Source: Paraspadella gotoi
Taxonomy: Eukaryota; Animalia; Chaetognatha
DNA length: 64,000 nt
NCBI GenBank assembly: GCA_051294375.1
Contig: CM119267.1
Location: forward strand, 11,605,553 to 11,669,552
Direction: 5' to 3'
Part shown: positions 40,537-55,105 of the stretch, one piece after another
Position numbering within the stretch: position 1 is the stretch's first letter
How the letters are laid out: every line of letters starts with the position of its first letter
The notes under the pieces: generated by a model
Seen by the model: only the letters and a program-made list of their open reading frames with translations
What the model was told of the DNA's origin: nothing
The model's database searches: none
Program-made: the position numbers and the translations under genes

Positions 40537-42411
40537 GAGAGAGAGAGAGAGAGAGAGAGACGTTAGAAAGGCAAGGAAGAGAAGTGGGAAGACCTCGAAA
40601 AGAGAGAAAATATTCTTTCTTTTTTTTTTTGAGTGGGAGAGAATCGTTGCGCCTCTTGCATGTTGCTAAATGGAGCGAGGCCTGATTTTTGAGGCCAATG
40701 AGTCGGAAGAGTCTCTCGTCGTCGTCATTGTCGTCGTCGTCATTGTCGTCGTCGTTTCCGACGCGCGTCTCTAAACCCCAAAAACTCGGGAATTCCATTA
40801 GCGGCGACAAACGTTGTACACGCGCTTGTATTTCCCGGAATTAGTAGAAAGAGAGAAAGTGGCCGACCCCCTTTTTTTCCGTCCCACCCCNNNNNNNNNN
40901 NNNNNNNNNNNNNNNNNNNNNNNNNNNNNNNNNNNNNNNNNNNNNNNNNNNNNNNNNNNNNNNNNNNNNNNNNNNNNNNNNNNNNNNNNNNNNNNNNNNN
41001 NNNNNNNNNNNNNNNNNNNNNNNNNNNNNNNNNNNNNNNNNNNNNNNNNNNNNNNNNNNNNNNNNNNNNNNNNNNNNNNNNNNNNNNCAACGCCCCTCAG
41101 TTCTCGATCGACCCCGGGGCGAATTTCGTTCCAACCCTTCGCCTCAGCCGAGAGCGAGTTCAAAATTGCAACCTAATAATATCTCTCTTTCCACTCACTT
41201 CGCGAATCCTAGGCTATTCCAACCTATAGGCCCTATACCCATTGTCTTCGTATTTTCTTTTTTTCACATCAAGCCTAACTTAAGAATTTGCCTCCCCCCC
41301 TCCCAATTCAACTCCCATCTTTCCCTCCGCCCAACGCCCCCCCCCCTCCCTCCCCCTCCTCTTCTTCAGGATGTCGTCTGTGTCGTCGCTGAACTCAAAG
41401 TCATCGGCGGCGATGCAACTCTCGAACAGACTCGAGGCGGAGTCGGCCGCCGACGCCGCCACGCCCACGCCAGGTAAGGCGTTGTCGTTGTCGAAGGATG
41501 TCGTTGTTGTTATGACCCTATTATTTCTTTGTATTCGATTTTTGAAGTTGCCCTCGTCCAATTTTGATTCCACTCGGTCCCAATCCATTTTTTTATTCTA
41601 ACTTTTTTTATTCGATCGTTCCCTATCGTATTTCTTTGTCCTTAGCTCATTCCTCTCAGCTCTTTTCTTCTAGATTCTTTCATCTCTTCATCTCTTCGCT
41701 TTTTCTCTTTCCCCCTGTTACGAAATAACTATCTTTAATATTGCGAGGAAATCCAGCTTCTCTCCCTTTTCCCCGTTGCTCTTTTGCTCTTTGTTACTGG
41801 CATCGAAAATGCTTCCATTCTAGCGATCGACACGACATCTTTAGACTCTCTACTACAAACTACTCCTTCTACGACTTAGACTCAGCATCAGACTCAACTA
41901 CTACACTCTACTCTCTTAAGACTACAAGCTACTACAGCTACAGACTCTCCTCAACAAGCTACAACAAGCTTCGACTTAGACTCTACAATCTACTCTCTTT
42001 TCATCAGACTTACATCAATATTTCGTCAAGTCCTGGGCTTCGTAGATCGTCGTCCTTTCGGCCTTAGCCGACGTCATCTACCGAGACTTTGTCGTCGTCA
42101 TCTCCAGGGCGTCTTGACCGGCACCATCGTCTCTTCTGCGCCATTTTATACCCGATTTCATCTGGTTTTGAATGCGCAGAATTAGTCCAGTCAGTTAGAA
42201 TTCAAAGACAGCCACTTCTCCGAACTTAGTTCAATACACCCCCCCTCACTCCTCTCAACCCCCTTCTCCCCTTTCTTCTCACCTCTTCCTCTCCCCCCCT
42301 CTCTCTCCGACCGATTCTTTAAAAAAAAGACTTTAGCCTGAGAATTCGGAAGATTTTTATTAAGAGAATAAAAAAAAGGCAGTCGTTATTTCGCCCGTCT
42401 GTTTTGGGGAG

Positions 42412-42487
<76 letters not shown>

Positions 42488-43298
42488 ATTTTGAGCTCGG
42501 GAGGTAAAAAGGACTGTTAAAATTTTGATATTATGATGACATCTGTGGATGTGTTGAGATTGCAGTTATTCGGCGGCATAAATGGGTTGGTAGCGAATAT
42601 TTGTGTTCCATGGAAGAGGGAGAGAGGGGAGAGTAGGGAGAGTTAGGGGTTGCAAGGGGAGAGTACGATAGGTTGATGAAATATGGGTTGGGATGGGTTG
42701 ATGGTCTTCGCCCCCGTGAAATTTCCCTTTTCGTTTCCTCCATTAAATTCAGTCAGAGAGAAGCTCCTCCCTTTTCCTTTTTGATGGTGATGATCCGGCG
42801 CTCGTTTAATCCCGCGTAATGTCACAGGCGTTTCATCGGCAAACACAAACGTAAACAAAAATTTGAGGATAGCGACGACGACGACGACGACGACGAGCCA
42901 CCAGCGACCATGTGGATTAGTTGGTTGTTATCCAGGGTCATTATCCGGGAGATAGATTCCGAGTAAAACGTGGAATCCGAGATTGTCAACCGGTTTGAAT
43001 TGTCAAACATTGAGCGACGATGAAGGCAATTACGACGACGACGACGTCGACATTGTTATCTAAAATTTAGAAAGTATTTACAAACAAAACACGAAAATCT
43101 CACAAAAAAACTACAACCGTAATAACAACTACGAGACAAAAACCCACAATTCACGAAGCGATTATTCATCCTGAGAAAAAAAAGAGAGATTTCGTTTCAC
43201 GAAAAAGAGAAGAAAAAAAAAATGCGTCTAGCGTCTATCCCATGGAACGCCACGCAAAAAAATGCAAAATATGCACAAAAAGTCTGCCCAGAAAAAAA

Positions 43299-43395
<97 letters not shown>

Positions 43396-43723
43396 CATCA
43401 CCCGTTCTCACCATCTCTTCGCGTGTCCTTGATGTAAAGAGCATTGGCCATCCTTCGGAATCCTTCGTACCACGCCGCCACGTGGTTGGCGCCGCCGACG
43501 CCGACGATGTGGGCCGTCGCCGCTCACTTCCGGCGCCAAGTCCGAACCGCCGCGAGGAGAGGGGGGAGAGGGGGCGGGGGTTGTCCGTCTGAAGGAGTGG
43601 TAAAGTAATGGAGGATGAAAGTAAGCAAAAATCGAGCGAACGAAAGAAAGAAAGAAAGAAAGCTAGAAAGAAAGGAAAAAAGAAAGAAATAAATAAACAA
43701 AAAAAAAAAAAGATAAAAAGAAA

Positions 43724-43776
<53 letters not shown>

Positions 43777-45238
43777 ACATAAAAAGCAAAAAAAAAGAGG
43801 AAAGATGAAAAGATAGAAAGACAGAAAGTAGCTTAGAATTTAGTTCAGAGAAAGGATCGTAAAAATGTAAGCAGGGAATCAGAAATTACGAGCTACAAAG
43901 ACATCAAGTGGCCTTCGCTTCTTTATCTTTTCTCTTTTCTTTCCTTCTTTCTTTTCACTTTTTTCATGACGAGGAAAAACCGAAGGAGTTCAAAAATAAT
44001 AACGTCTTCATGTATTTTAATACAAAAAAATTAATATTTTTGAAGAAACGAACATGGCGGTTCGCTTTTATCATATTTTCATGTTTACATTTCACAACGT
44101 CAGGCATCAAGTTCGTGGGATTCGATTCGTCATGAAATTACAAAAAAAAAACAAAAAAACAAACTATTCACAGAAACCGTTTCCTTTTCTCTGCTTTACG
44201 AGCCAAACTTTTTCTTTTCTCTTCCTTAATTCTTTTTATTTCTCTTCTTCTCTTTTCTCTGACAGGATCACTGCTAACGAATGTTTTTCTTGAGATTTGC
44301 TTCTCTGAATCTTCCTCTCTTGGCCGGCTCGCTCGCCTCCTACCCCACCTGCCCCAACTCCCCGCTCCCCCCCACAAACTTCCACGGCCACTTATTCCCT
44401 CGTGGCTTCCTCCACTCCCTGCCCACCACGGTCGCCCACTCACAACTTCTTTTTCTCTTTTCACAGTGACGCTCGCTAATCGGAGTCCAAACCAGACGCT
44501 TTAGCTATTGGACTTTAAGAAATTCTCACATAAAGAACTCTCATTAAGACGCGTTTAATAATTAACCCTTTTACTAACCGTGGCTTTTAACTTAATATAA
44601 TAAAACGAAGAAGTTTCAACGTCGTCGCAGGCTCAGCGATTCAGAGTTAAAATGATGTTAGATTAAATTTTAAATAGGGATTTCTGTACGAAAGCAGAAC
44701 TAATTAGTATTTGCCAAATACGTACTGGTTTTTAGTTAATCACCAGAAAGTAAAGATTCACCTTCCCGCTCTTTCCGTTTTTTGATCACTATTAACGAAT
44801 TTCTCACCTGCGCAACCGGAGTGGATGTCATGAGGGTGATTCACAAGGCTGTAGATGGCGGTTTGAGTATTGGGCGAAGCTAGCACCGTAGTGCCTGAAG
44901 AAGGACAAGAAAGAATTTTATTGAATTAAAACAAAGAAAGAAAAAAGGAGGGTCGACGCACGAGAGGCGAGATCTTAATCGCTTACCCATTAAGTACACA
45001 TTTATATGTACATACTAACTCGCAGCGGGCGACGAATCTACAAATTAGTTAGTCTTTAAGAGGGGAGAGAAAGAGAGCGAAATAAAATAAAAGAGAGAGA
45101 AAGAGAGAGAGAGAGAGAGTTGGCAAAGTCGAGCTCACGAGTCACGATACAACAGTTTAAGGGAATCGAATAAAGAAAACGTGAAAAACGAGAGATTGAG
45201 TGCGCATGTGTGTGAAGCCAGAGGACAGAGAGAGAAAG

Positions 45239-45332
<94 letters not shown>

Positions 45333-48059
45333 CGTTGTTTGAATGNNNNNNNNNNNNNNNNNNNNNNNNNTCTCTCTCTCTCTCTCTTTCTCTCTCTTTT
45401 ATTTTATTTCGCTCTCTTTCTCTCCCCTCTTAAAGACTAACTAATTTGTAGATTCGTCGCCCGCTGCGAGTTAGTATGTACATATAAATGTGTACTTAAT
45501 GGGTAAGCGATTAAGTCTCGCCTCTCGTGCGTCGACCCTCCTTTTTCTTTCTTTGTTTTAATTCAATAAAATTCTTTCTTGTCCTTCCTTCAGGCACTAC
45601 GGTGCTAGCTTCGCCCAATACTCAAACCGCCATCTACAGCCTTGTGAATCACCCTCATGACATCCACTCCGGTTGCGCAGGTGAGAAATTCGTTAATAGT
45701 GATCAAAAAACGGAAAGAGCGGGAAGGTGAATCTTTACTTTCTGGTGATTAACTAAAAACCAGTACGTATTTGGCAAATACTAATTAGTTCTGCTTTCGT
45801 ACAGAAATCCCTATTTAAAATTTAATCTAACATCATTTTAACTCTGAATCGCTGAGCCTGCGACGACGTTGAAACTTCTTCGTTTTATTATATTAAGTTA
45901 AAAGCCACGGTAGTAAAAGGGTTAATTATTAAACGCGTCTTAATGAGAGTTCTTTATGTGAGAATTTCTTAAAGTCCAATAGCTAAAGCGTCTGGTTTGG
46001 ACTCCGATTAGCGAGCGTCACTGTGAAAAGAGAAAAAGAAGTTGTGAGTGGGCGACCGTGGTGGGCAGGGAGTGGAGGAAGCCACGAGGGAATAAAGTGG
46101 CCGTGGAAGTTTGTGGGGGGGGAGCGGGAGTTGGGGCAGGTGGGGTAGGAGGCGAGCGAGCCGGCCAGAGAGAGGAAGATTCAGAGAAGCAAATCTCAAG
46201 AAAAACATTCGTTAGCAGTGATCCTGTCAGAGAAAAGAGAAGAAGAGAAATAAAAAGAATTAAGGAAGAGAAAAGAAAAAGTTTGGCTCGTAAAGCAGAG
46301 AAAAGGAAACGTTGTTATTTTTTTTTTGTAATTTCATGACGAATCGAATCCCACGAACTTGATGCCTGACGTTGTGAAATGTAAACATGAAAATATGATA
46401 AAAGCGAACCGCCATGTTCGTTTCTTCAAAAATATTAATTTTTTTGTATTAAAATACATGAAGACGTTATTATTTTGAACTCCTTCGGTTTTTCCTCGTC
46501 ATGAAAAAAGTGAAAAGAAAGAAGGAAAGAAAAGAGAAAAGATAAAGAAGCGAAGGCCACTTGATGTCTTTGTAGCTCGTAATTTCTGATTCCCTGCTTA
46601 CATTTTTACGATCCTTTCTCTGAACTAAATTCNNNNNNNNNNNNNNNNNNNNNNNNNNNNNNNNNNNNNNNNNNNNNNNNNNNNNNNNNNNNNNNNNNNN
46701 NNNNNNNNNNNNNNNNNNNNNNNNNNNNNNNNNNNNNNNNNNNNNNNNNNNNNNNNNNNNNNNNNNNNNNNNNNNNNNNNNNNNNNNNNNNNNNNNNNNN
46801 NNNNNNNNNNNNNNNNNNNNNNNNNNNNNNNNNNNNNNNNNNNNNNNNNNNNNNNNNNNNNNNNNNNNNNNNNNNNNNNNNNNNNNNNNNNNNNNNNNNN
46901 NNNNNNNNNNNNNNNNNNNNNNNNNNNNNNNNNNNNNNNNNNNNNNNNNNNNNNNNNNNNNNNNNNNNNNNNNNNNNNNNNNNNNNNNNNNNNNNNNNNN
47001 NNNNNNNNNNNNNNNNNNNNNNNNNNNNNNNNNNNNNNNNNNNNNNNNNNNNNNNNNNNNNNNNNNNNNNNNNNNNNNNNNNNNNNNNNNNNNNNNNNNN
47101 NNNNNNNNNNNNNNNNNNNNNNNNNNNNNNNNNNNNNNNNNNNNNNNNNNNNNNNNNNNNNNNNNNNNNNNNNAATTTTTTTTCTGGGCAGACTTTTTGT
47201 GCATATTTTGCATTTTTTTGCGTGGCGTTCCCATGGGATAGACGCTAGACGCATTTTTTTTTCTTCTCTTTTTCGTGAAACGAAATCTCTCTTTTTTTTT
47301 CTCAGGATGAATAATCGCTTCGTGAATTGTGGGTTTTTGTCTCGTAGTTGTTATTACGGTTGTAGTTTTTTGTGAGATTTTCGTGTTTTGTTTGTAAATA
47401 CTTTCTAAATTTTAGATAACAATGTCGACGTCGTCGTCGTCGTAATTGCCTTCATCGTCGCTCAATGTTTGACAATTCAAACCCNNNNNNNNNNNNNNNN
47501 NNNNNNNNNACAGATCTCTCTCTCTCCCCCAACTTCCGCTCCAATTAGCGCCGAAAGAGAAAGACATACCGAGGCCCCGGGGAAGCATCATGGGTCATTT
47601 TCGAGTCGAAAAAATCTGGAGGGGAAATGGAAGGAAGGGAAGAAGTGGATGATGAAACGAAGAGAAGAGACGTAAAAGAAAGGGAATTAAAAAGAAAAGA
47701 AAAAAAGAAAGGAAAAATGGTGAAGAGAAGTAGAGGAATGGTGAGGATTAAGGAGAGAAAGGAAAGGGAATGGAGAGAGGAAAAGGTTCGCCAAATGAGA
47801 AAGATGTTTAAGGAAAAGAAAAGTAAAAATAGGAAACAGGGAACTGTGAAGAACATGAAAGATAAGGGAGAAATAAAGGAAGGGAAGAAAAAAACGGGGG
47901 AAAAAAGGGAAAGGATGGGAAGGAGAAATGGGAAAAACGGGGACGAAGGAAAAAAGGGAGAGCGATACTCGAAGGAAATTGGTACAACTTGAAATGCCGC
48001 TTGTGAGTAACAACTTTAAAAAAAAGAAAAAAAGAAAAGAATGTGAACGGAAGAAGGTA

Positions 48060-48134
<75 letters not shown>

Positions 48135-48869
48135 CTAAAATATCTAAAAATATCTAAAATATCTAAAATCTAATATCTAAACTAATATCAGTTAAATGGA
48201 GGACAACATGAAAACGCGAGAATGAAAAATTAGGTGAGGATAAAAAAAAAACAAGCCTAGAAGGACAAAACAAAACAGTGAAACAAAACAAACAACAAAA
48301 GCATAAGGCTTTTTGAGGGTATTTTGCTATCTTCTCACGATTAGATTTTTGACTATTTAAATAACTTATTTTCTTAAACCTGTATAATTTATAACAATTT
48401 AATTTATTCGAAACCCTGCAGACTGTTCCTATGACAAATTAACTACATATTTCATTGTTATGTGTAATTTGTTTACATATTTTGTCGCCAAGATTCAAAA
48501 AAATATAAGAAAAAAGAGTATTCAAAGAACAACTGTTTCTCTTCCCACTAATGTACGAACGATTAGTCTGACCACGACGCGCATCTGGTCTGAAGAAAAT
48601 GAGGCGAAACAGCGAGCGAGAGACAGAGAGGCCTACCTCCTTTCCTGTCAAACTCGTTTTTCCTTCCAAGTTTCCGGTTTTGCCGTTCGCTTTGACCGCG
48701 AATGGCTTGACGATGACGACGACGATGACGACGATGACGACGACGACGTCGACGACGACGACGATGACGACCGCTTGGATTGGGTTGTCATCGACGCTTC
48801 ACTAAACGGAAAACGCATTAAAGGGGTCTCTCGGTGTACCGTTCCTATTTTTTTCCGTGCGTCTTTCCC

Positions 48870-48939
<70 letters not shown>

Positions 48940-49615
48940 CTCTCTCTCGTTCTCAACTTTTTTTTTCGGCGAACAGAGGCAGACGAGAGGCTAAAAAAAA
49001 ATGACCACGTAGCTCTCGTAAAACTGCTTTATCTTCTTTTCTCCTTTGACAAATCCGTCCCCTTCTTTTTCTTTTTCCTCCCTCTCCATCCACAATCACC
49101 ATCACCCACCATCACCCACCATCAAACCACCATCACCCACTCAATCCATCACCCACTATTCCGAAATCCCTAATGACTAACCCTCATCCTTAACCGAATC
49201 TCTAACATAATCTCTAAAGTCTAAACTAACCTTAACATTATCAATAAGCCTCATCCCAAACGTATTTACATACATCCATTTCTTCTCACGTATTTTTTAA
49301 ACCTATTTAAACCTGTTTAAACTATTGAAATTTACGTAAATGAGCCGATTTTGGCAAATATGACCGAAAACTGAATGACGCCTGCATTTTCAGAGACCTT
49401 ACCTTTATTAACTTACCTAACTCATGAGAATAAATAAAAAAGACGAAAAGCCCCGCGTCTCAAATTCGGAACCCGAGCGAGGTCTTAATTTCTCCCTTTC
49501 TCGATAACGATCCTTCGCCAAAAAAAAAAGGATCGGCGTCAATATTTGCAGCGCTAATGGGCGCCGTCGATGAGATGACCGGAAGTCCGCCCGGGGAAGA
49601 CGCGTCTTTATCTCC

Positions 49616-49703
<88 letters not shown>

Positions 49704-49758
49704 TCGTTCGGTGAAGGAAAAGCCAAATCTTATCGGAAAAAAATCTATCGACGAACCC

Positions 49759-49806
<48 letters not shown>

Positions 49807-51178
49807 CAAGAGGATCCATTAGCAAGAAAAACAAGTTAATTGAGGATAACCAGAGGGTGGGAGGTGAGGGAAGGACGGGAGCCGAGATAACGAGGTCGAT
49901 GGACTGAGTCTTGTAATCTGGTGGGGACTGGCGTGGGGCATCGCTTAACGTTTTTATCACGTCACGACGTCGTTGTTGTCGTTATTGTCGTCGTCTTCAT
50001 GTTATTACGTCAAAAAAAAAAAAAAACTTGAATGTCTTCGTCCTGGTCCAGGTTGTTCACCTTCATCATCATCGTCATCATCGAGTTCGACATCATCGTC
50101 GTCGTCGTCGTCATAGATGGCGCTTTCGCCGCCGTCCGCGAGGTCATAAATCAAGAATAAAAGGCGCCGAGGATAATGTTAATAAAAAAAACTTTAAAAC
50201 GAAATAAAAATTTAGTCCGTTGTTTCATTTATGTTTATCCACTTTTTGCCCATTTCTTGGTTTTAAAATATATGTGCTTATATTTTTTTTCAATTTTTAT
50301 TAGACGTTATTTAGTCTTCCCTCTCTCTGTTTGTTTATTTATTCACGACTCACGATCACTTGATTAATTTTCGTTTTACCTTTGATTTTGAGTTTGGTGT
50401 TCTCATGGTCTCTTTCCTTTCCTGATTACAATTTACGCTTCTTCTTCCAAGTATTACTTCTTTCCATACTTACTTACTTCTTTCCATATTTAAATCCTTT
50501 TTTTCTTCCTCCACTCATTCCACTTCTTTCTTCTTCTTCGCATGGATGTTTAAAAGATGACGTTTGCTTAATTGATTTAAGTAATTTTATATCAACTGAT
50601 TCAACTATACAGTGTACATGAAGTGTATGTTAAGTATTATAACGCATATAACGATCATACTTACGTATATATACGTATATATACGTATATATATACGTAT
50701 ATATACGTATATATACGTATATACGTATATACGTATATATACGTATTATACGTATATATACGTATATATACATCAGACTAGACGAAGTAAGAAAAAAGAA
50801 TGTGTAAAACCATTTTTGGCCGAAAAAAAAACCTTTCAAACTCCAGGGAGACTTTGGTAGTTGGCTTGAGTCAACGAGGAAGAGAAGATGAGGAAAGAAG
50901 CAATAGAACTGAGAAGAAAAAAGGGTCACCTTTATCTTTGTTTTCGTAAATCCTTAAAAGTTAAAACAAAAGAACTACGTAAAGTCGTGATATATCTGAC
51001 ATTCAAAAGTAGAGATAGAAAAAAACGAGACGGAGTCTCGAAATTTTAGATTTGAATTATTTCCTCCCTTGCTTTTAAAGTCATGTAATAATATTTATAT
51101 ATAATCAATTTTCTGCTTATAAATCAACAATTTAAAAATTCCCCCCCTTTTTTTTCCCCCTCTCAACTCGCCTTTCAG

Positions 51179-51528
51179 GAACTGGAGAAGCCGCCCCTTC
51201 TCACTTCGGATTGTCTCGAGGCCCTGAAGCTCCGCATGGGCACCGGGGGCCTGCTGGAGCGCAGCGTCGACGGCGGCGGTGGCGGCGGAGCTGGAGGAGC
51301 TGTCGGTGCTGGCGGCATGACCCTGGGACGAGTCAGACCATCCGCGGGTGAGATTCGGAGAGTGTTTTCATTTGTTTGTTTTTGCTTTTTTATCTTTTCT
51401 CAATCAGGTTTGTCATGCTCTCACGGCAACGGGGCACACTATCCTCACACACTGCCGACTGTTCTGTCATCCGCTGATCTCATGGTGCTTGCAGACGGAA
51501 CCATTCACGCCGATCACAACGACACCAG
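51179..51528 (+). CDS. Second, indel-containing copy of the two exons at 34144-34494
   Basis: Near-identical to 34144-34494. One G is missing at the second donor (ACCAGTTTGA vs ACCAGGTTTGA), consistent with long-read error. Confidence 0.45.
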
Positions 51529-51566
51529 TTTGATCAGAGGGTAATAACTTGTACCAATGTCCGGAT

Positions 51567-51914
51567 GTCGGAATGGCCGAGTGGTCTAAGGCGCTAGACT
51601 CAAGACGAGAATTCTGGTCTACCCATGTGGGCATGGGTTCGTATCCCTTTTGTGTTTCCCATATTTATTTACCTATGAATTAGTTGTCTTCTCTGACCAT
51701 CACAAGAACTGTTAGAATGGCGCTGACGTCTAACAAGTCGATCCTTACCATTTCTAACAGACTTTTTTCTTTTTTTAATACTTAAAGATGGACTTATGTA
51801 TTTTACCATCGATTTGGAACAAATGACTGAAATTGTTTTTCTGTTGACTCAAGAGTCTGATTGACTAATCCCGTATTGCGCCAGTCTTCGATTCCCACTT
51901 CTGACACCTTTTTT
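51567..51914 (+). tRNA. Duplicate copy of the tRNA-Leu(CAA) fragment cluster
   Basis: Same three pieces as 34534-34881, inside the repeated block. Confidence 0.65.
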
Positions 51915-52189
51915 GCGACTTCTTGAAAATAAAAGTGTTGTGCAATCGGGCGTCCCTGAAATTATTTTTTTTTAAAGTAGCTTCGAGCACGACATAACAA
52001 ATTTACCTTCTCTGTCTTGGGCTTTGATTGGAGAGTTTCGTAAGTTCGTATGTATATAATGTGTGACGTCGCTAACTATAAATTTAAAAAATCTGTGAAC
52101 CCTTACGAGCGCAACGTTGGACGGGGAGAAAAACAAAAGACGTGCGCTGAGAGAGCGAGACGCCGAGAAAAATATATGCGTCTAGAAAG

Positions 52190-52296
<107 letters not shown>

Positions 52297-52392
52297 AGAA
52301 TGAAAAAAAAGGACGAGTCAGACTCGAAACCCGGGGAGAAGCAAATCAAAGGAGACGCTTTTGACAATGCGAAAGAGAGAGAGACACAACAC

Positions 52393-52457
<65 letters not shown>

Positions 52458-52981
52458 GTTAGAAAGGCAAGGAAGAGAAGTGGGAAGACCTCGAAAAGAG
52501 AGAAAATATTCTTTCTTTTTTTTTTTGAGTGGAGAGAATCGTTGCGCCTCTTGCATGTTGCTAAATGGAGCGAGGCCTGATTTTTGAGGCCAATGAGTCG
52601 GAAGAGTCTCTCGTTGTCGTCATTGTCGTCGTCGTCATTGTCGTCGTCGTTTCCGACGCGCGTCTCTAAACCCCAAAAACTCGGGAATTCCATTAGCGGC
52701 GACAAACGTTTGTACACGCGCTTGTATTTCCCGGAATTAGTAGAAAGAGAGAAAGTGGCCGACCCCCTTTTTTTTCCGTCCCACCCCATCGGCAAAGGAT
52801 CAACCCATTCGAAACCCCTAAGCCCGCCCCCCCCCTCATTGGCGACGATCGACGCGGATTTCGAGTTTTTCCGCGCGAATTCCTTTGAATTTCCGAGAGA
52901 GAGAGAAAAAAGAGAGGAGAGGCGAGATTCGCGATCCGCGATCGAGGGGAACGGAATCGATGAGAGAGAGAGAGAGAGAGA

Positions 52982-53027
<46 letters not shown>

Positions 53028-53029
53028 AG

Positions 53030-53169
<140 letters not shown>

Positions 53170-53543
53170 AGAGAGCCTCCGAGACACAGAGATAGGAATA
53201 TCGAGAACGAATATGAAATTGGGAGTTCAGAGAATGGGAGTGGTGTCAGGAGTGGCCTGCGCTTTTCAACGCCCCTCAGTTCTCGATCGACCCCGGGGCG
53301 AATTTCGTTCCAACCCTTCGCCTCAGCCGAGAGCGAGTTCAAAATTGCAACCTAATAATATCTCTCTTTCCACTCACTTCGCCGAATCCTAGGCTATTCC
53401 AACCTATAGGCCCTATACCCATTGTCTTCGTATTTTCTTTTTTTCACATCAAGCCTAACTTAAGAATTGCCTCCCCCCCTCCATTCAACTCCCATCTTTC
53501 CCTCCGCCCAACGCCCCCCCCTCCCTCCCCTCCTCTTCTTCAG

Positions 53544-53647
53544 GATGTCGTCTGTGTCGTCGCTGAACTCAAAGTCATCGGCGGCGATGCAACTCTCGAA
53601 CAGACTCGAGGCGGAGTCGGCCGCCGACGCCGCCACGCCCACGCCAG
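53544..53647 (+). CDS. Next exon of the same unidentified gene (R-MSSVSSLNSKSSAAMQLSNRLEAESAADAATPTP); further copies at 41370-41473 (+), 39022-39125 (-) and ~59224-59332 (+, noisy)
   Basis: Strong sites: CCTCTTCTTCAG acceptor and CAG|GTAAGG donor. Its phase-2 start matches the phase-2 end of exon 34374-34494. Confidence 0.6.
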
Positions 53648-54202
53648 GTAAGGCGTTGTCGTTGTCGAAGGATGTCGTTGTTGTTATGACCCTATTATTT
53701 CTTTGTATTCGATTTTTGAAGTTGCCCTCGTCCAATTTGATTCCACTCGGTCCCAATCCATTTTTTTATTCTAACTTTTTTTATTCGATCGTTCCCTATC
53801 GTATTTCTTTGTCCTTAGCTCATTCCTCTCAGCTCTTTTCTTCTAGATTCTTTCATCTCTTCATCTCTTCGCTTTTTCTCTTTCCCCCTGTTACGAAATA
53901 ACTATCTTTAATATTGCGAGGAAATCCAGCTTCTCTCCCTTTTCCCCGTTGCTCTTTTGCTCTTTGTTACTGGCATCGAAAATGCTTCCATTCTAGCGAT
54001 CGACACGACATCTTTAGACTCTCTACTACAAACTACTCCTTCTACGACTTAGACTCAGCATCAGACTCAACTACTACACTCTACTCTCTTAAGACTACAA
54101 GCTACTACAGCTACAGACTCTCCTCAACAAGCTACAACAAGCTTCGACTTAGACTCTACAATCTACTCTCTTTCATCAGACTTACATCAATATTTCGTCA
54201 AG

Positions 54203-54357
54203 TCCTGGGCTTCGTAGATCGTCGTCCTTTCGGCCTTAGCCGACGTCATCTACCCGAGACTTTGTCGTCGTCATCTCCAGGGCGTCTTGACCGGCACCAT
54301 CGTCTCTTCTGCGCCATTTATACCCGATTTCATCTGGTTTTGAATGCGCAGAATTAG
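54203..54357 (+). CDS. Candidate terminal exon of the same gene (VLGFVDRRPFGLSRRHLPETLSSSSPGRLDRHHRLFCAIYTRFHLVLNAQN*); mirror copy at 38312-38466 (-)
   Basis: AG at 54201-54202 gives a phase-1 junction compatible with exon 53544-53647, but the polypyrimidine tract is weak. Confidence 0.3.
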
Positions 54358-54580
54358 TCCAGTCAGTTAGAATTCAAAGACAGCCACTTCTCCGAACTTA
54401 GTTCAATACACCCCCCCTCACTCCTCTCAACCCCTCTCCCTTTCTTCTCACCTCTTCCTCTCCCCCCCTCTCTCTCCGACCGATTCTTTAAAAAAAAGAC
54501 TTTAGCCTGAGAATTTCGGAAGATTTTTATTAAGAGAATAAAAAAAGGCAGTCGTTATTTCGCCCGTCTGTTTTTGGGAG

Positions 54581-54692
<112 letters not shown>

Positions 54693-55011
54693 ATTTTGAG
54701 CTCGGGAGGTTAAAAGGACTGTTAAAATTTTGATATTATGATGACATCTGTGGATGTGTTGAGATTGCAGTTATTCGGCGGCATAAATGGTTGGTAGCGA
54801 ATATTTGTGTTCCATGGAAGAGGGAGAGAGGGGAGAGTAGGGAGAGTTAGGGGTTGCAAGGGGAAGAGTACGATAGGTTGATGAATATGGGTTGGGATGG
54901 GTTGATGGTCTTCGCCCCCGTGAAATTTCCCTTTCGTTTCCTCCATTAAATTCAGTCAGAGAGAAGCTCCTCCCTTTTCCTTTTTGATGGTGATGATCCA
55001 TTCAAACAACG

Positions 55012-55105
<94 letters not shown>
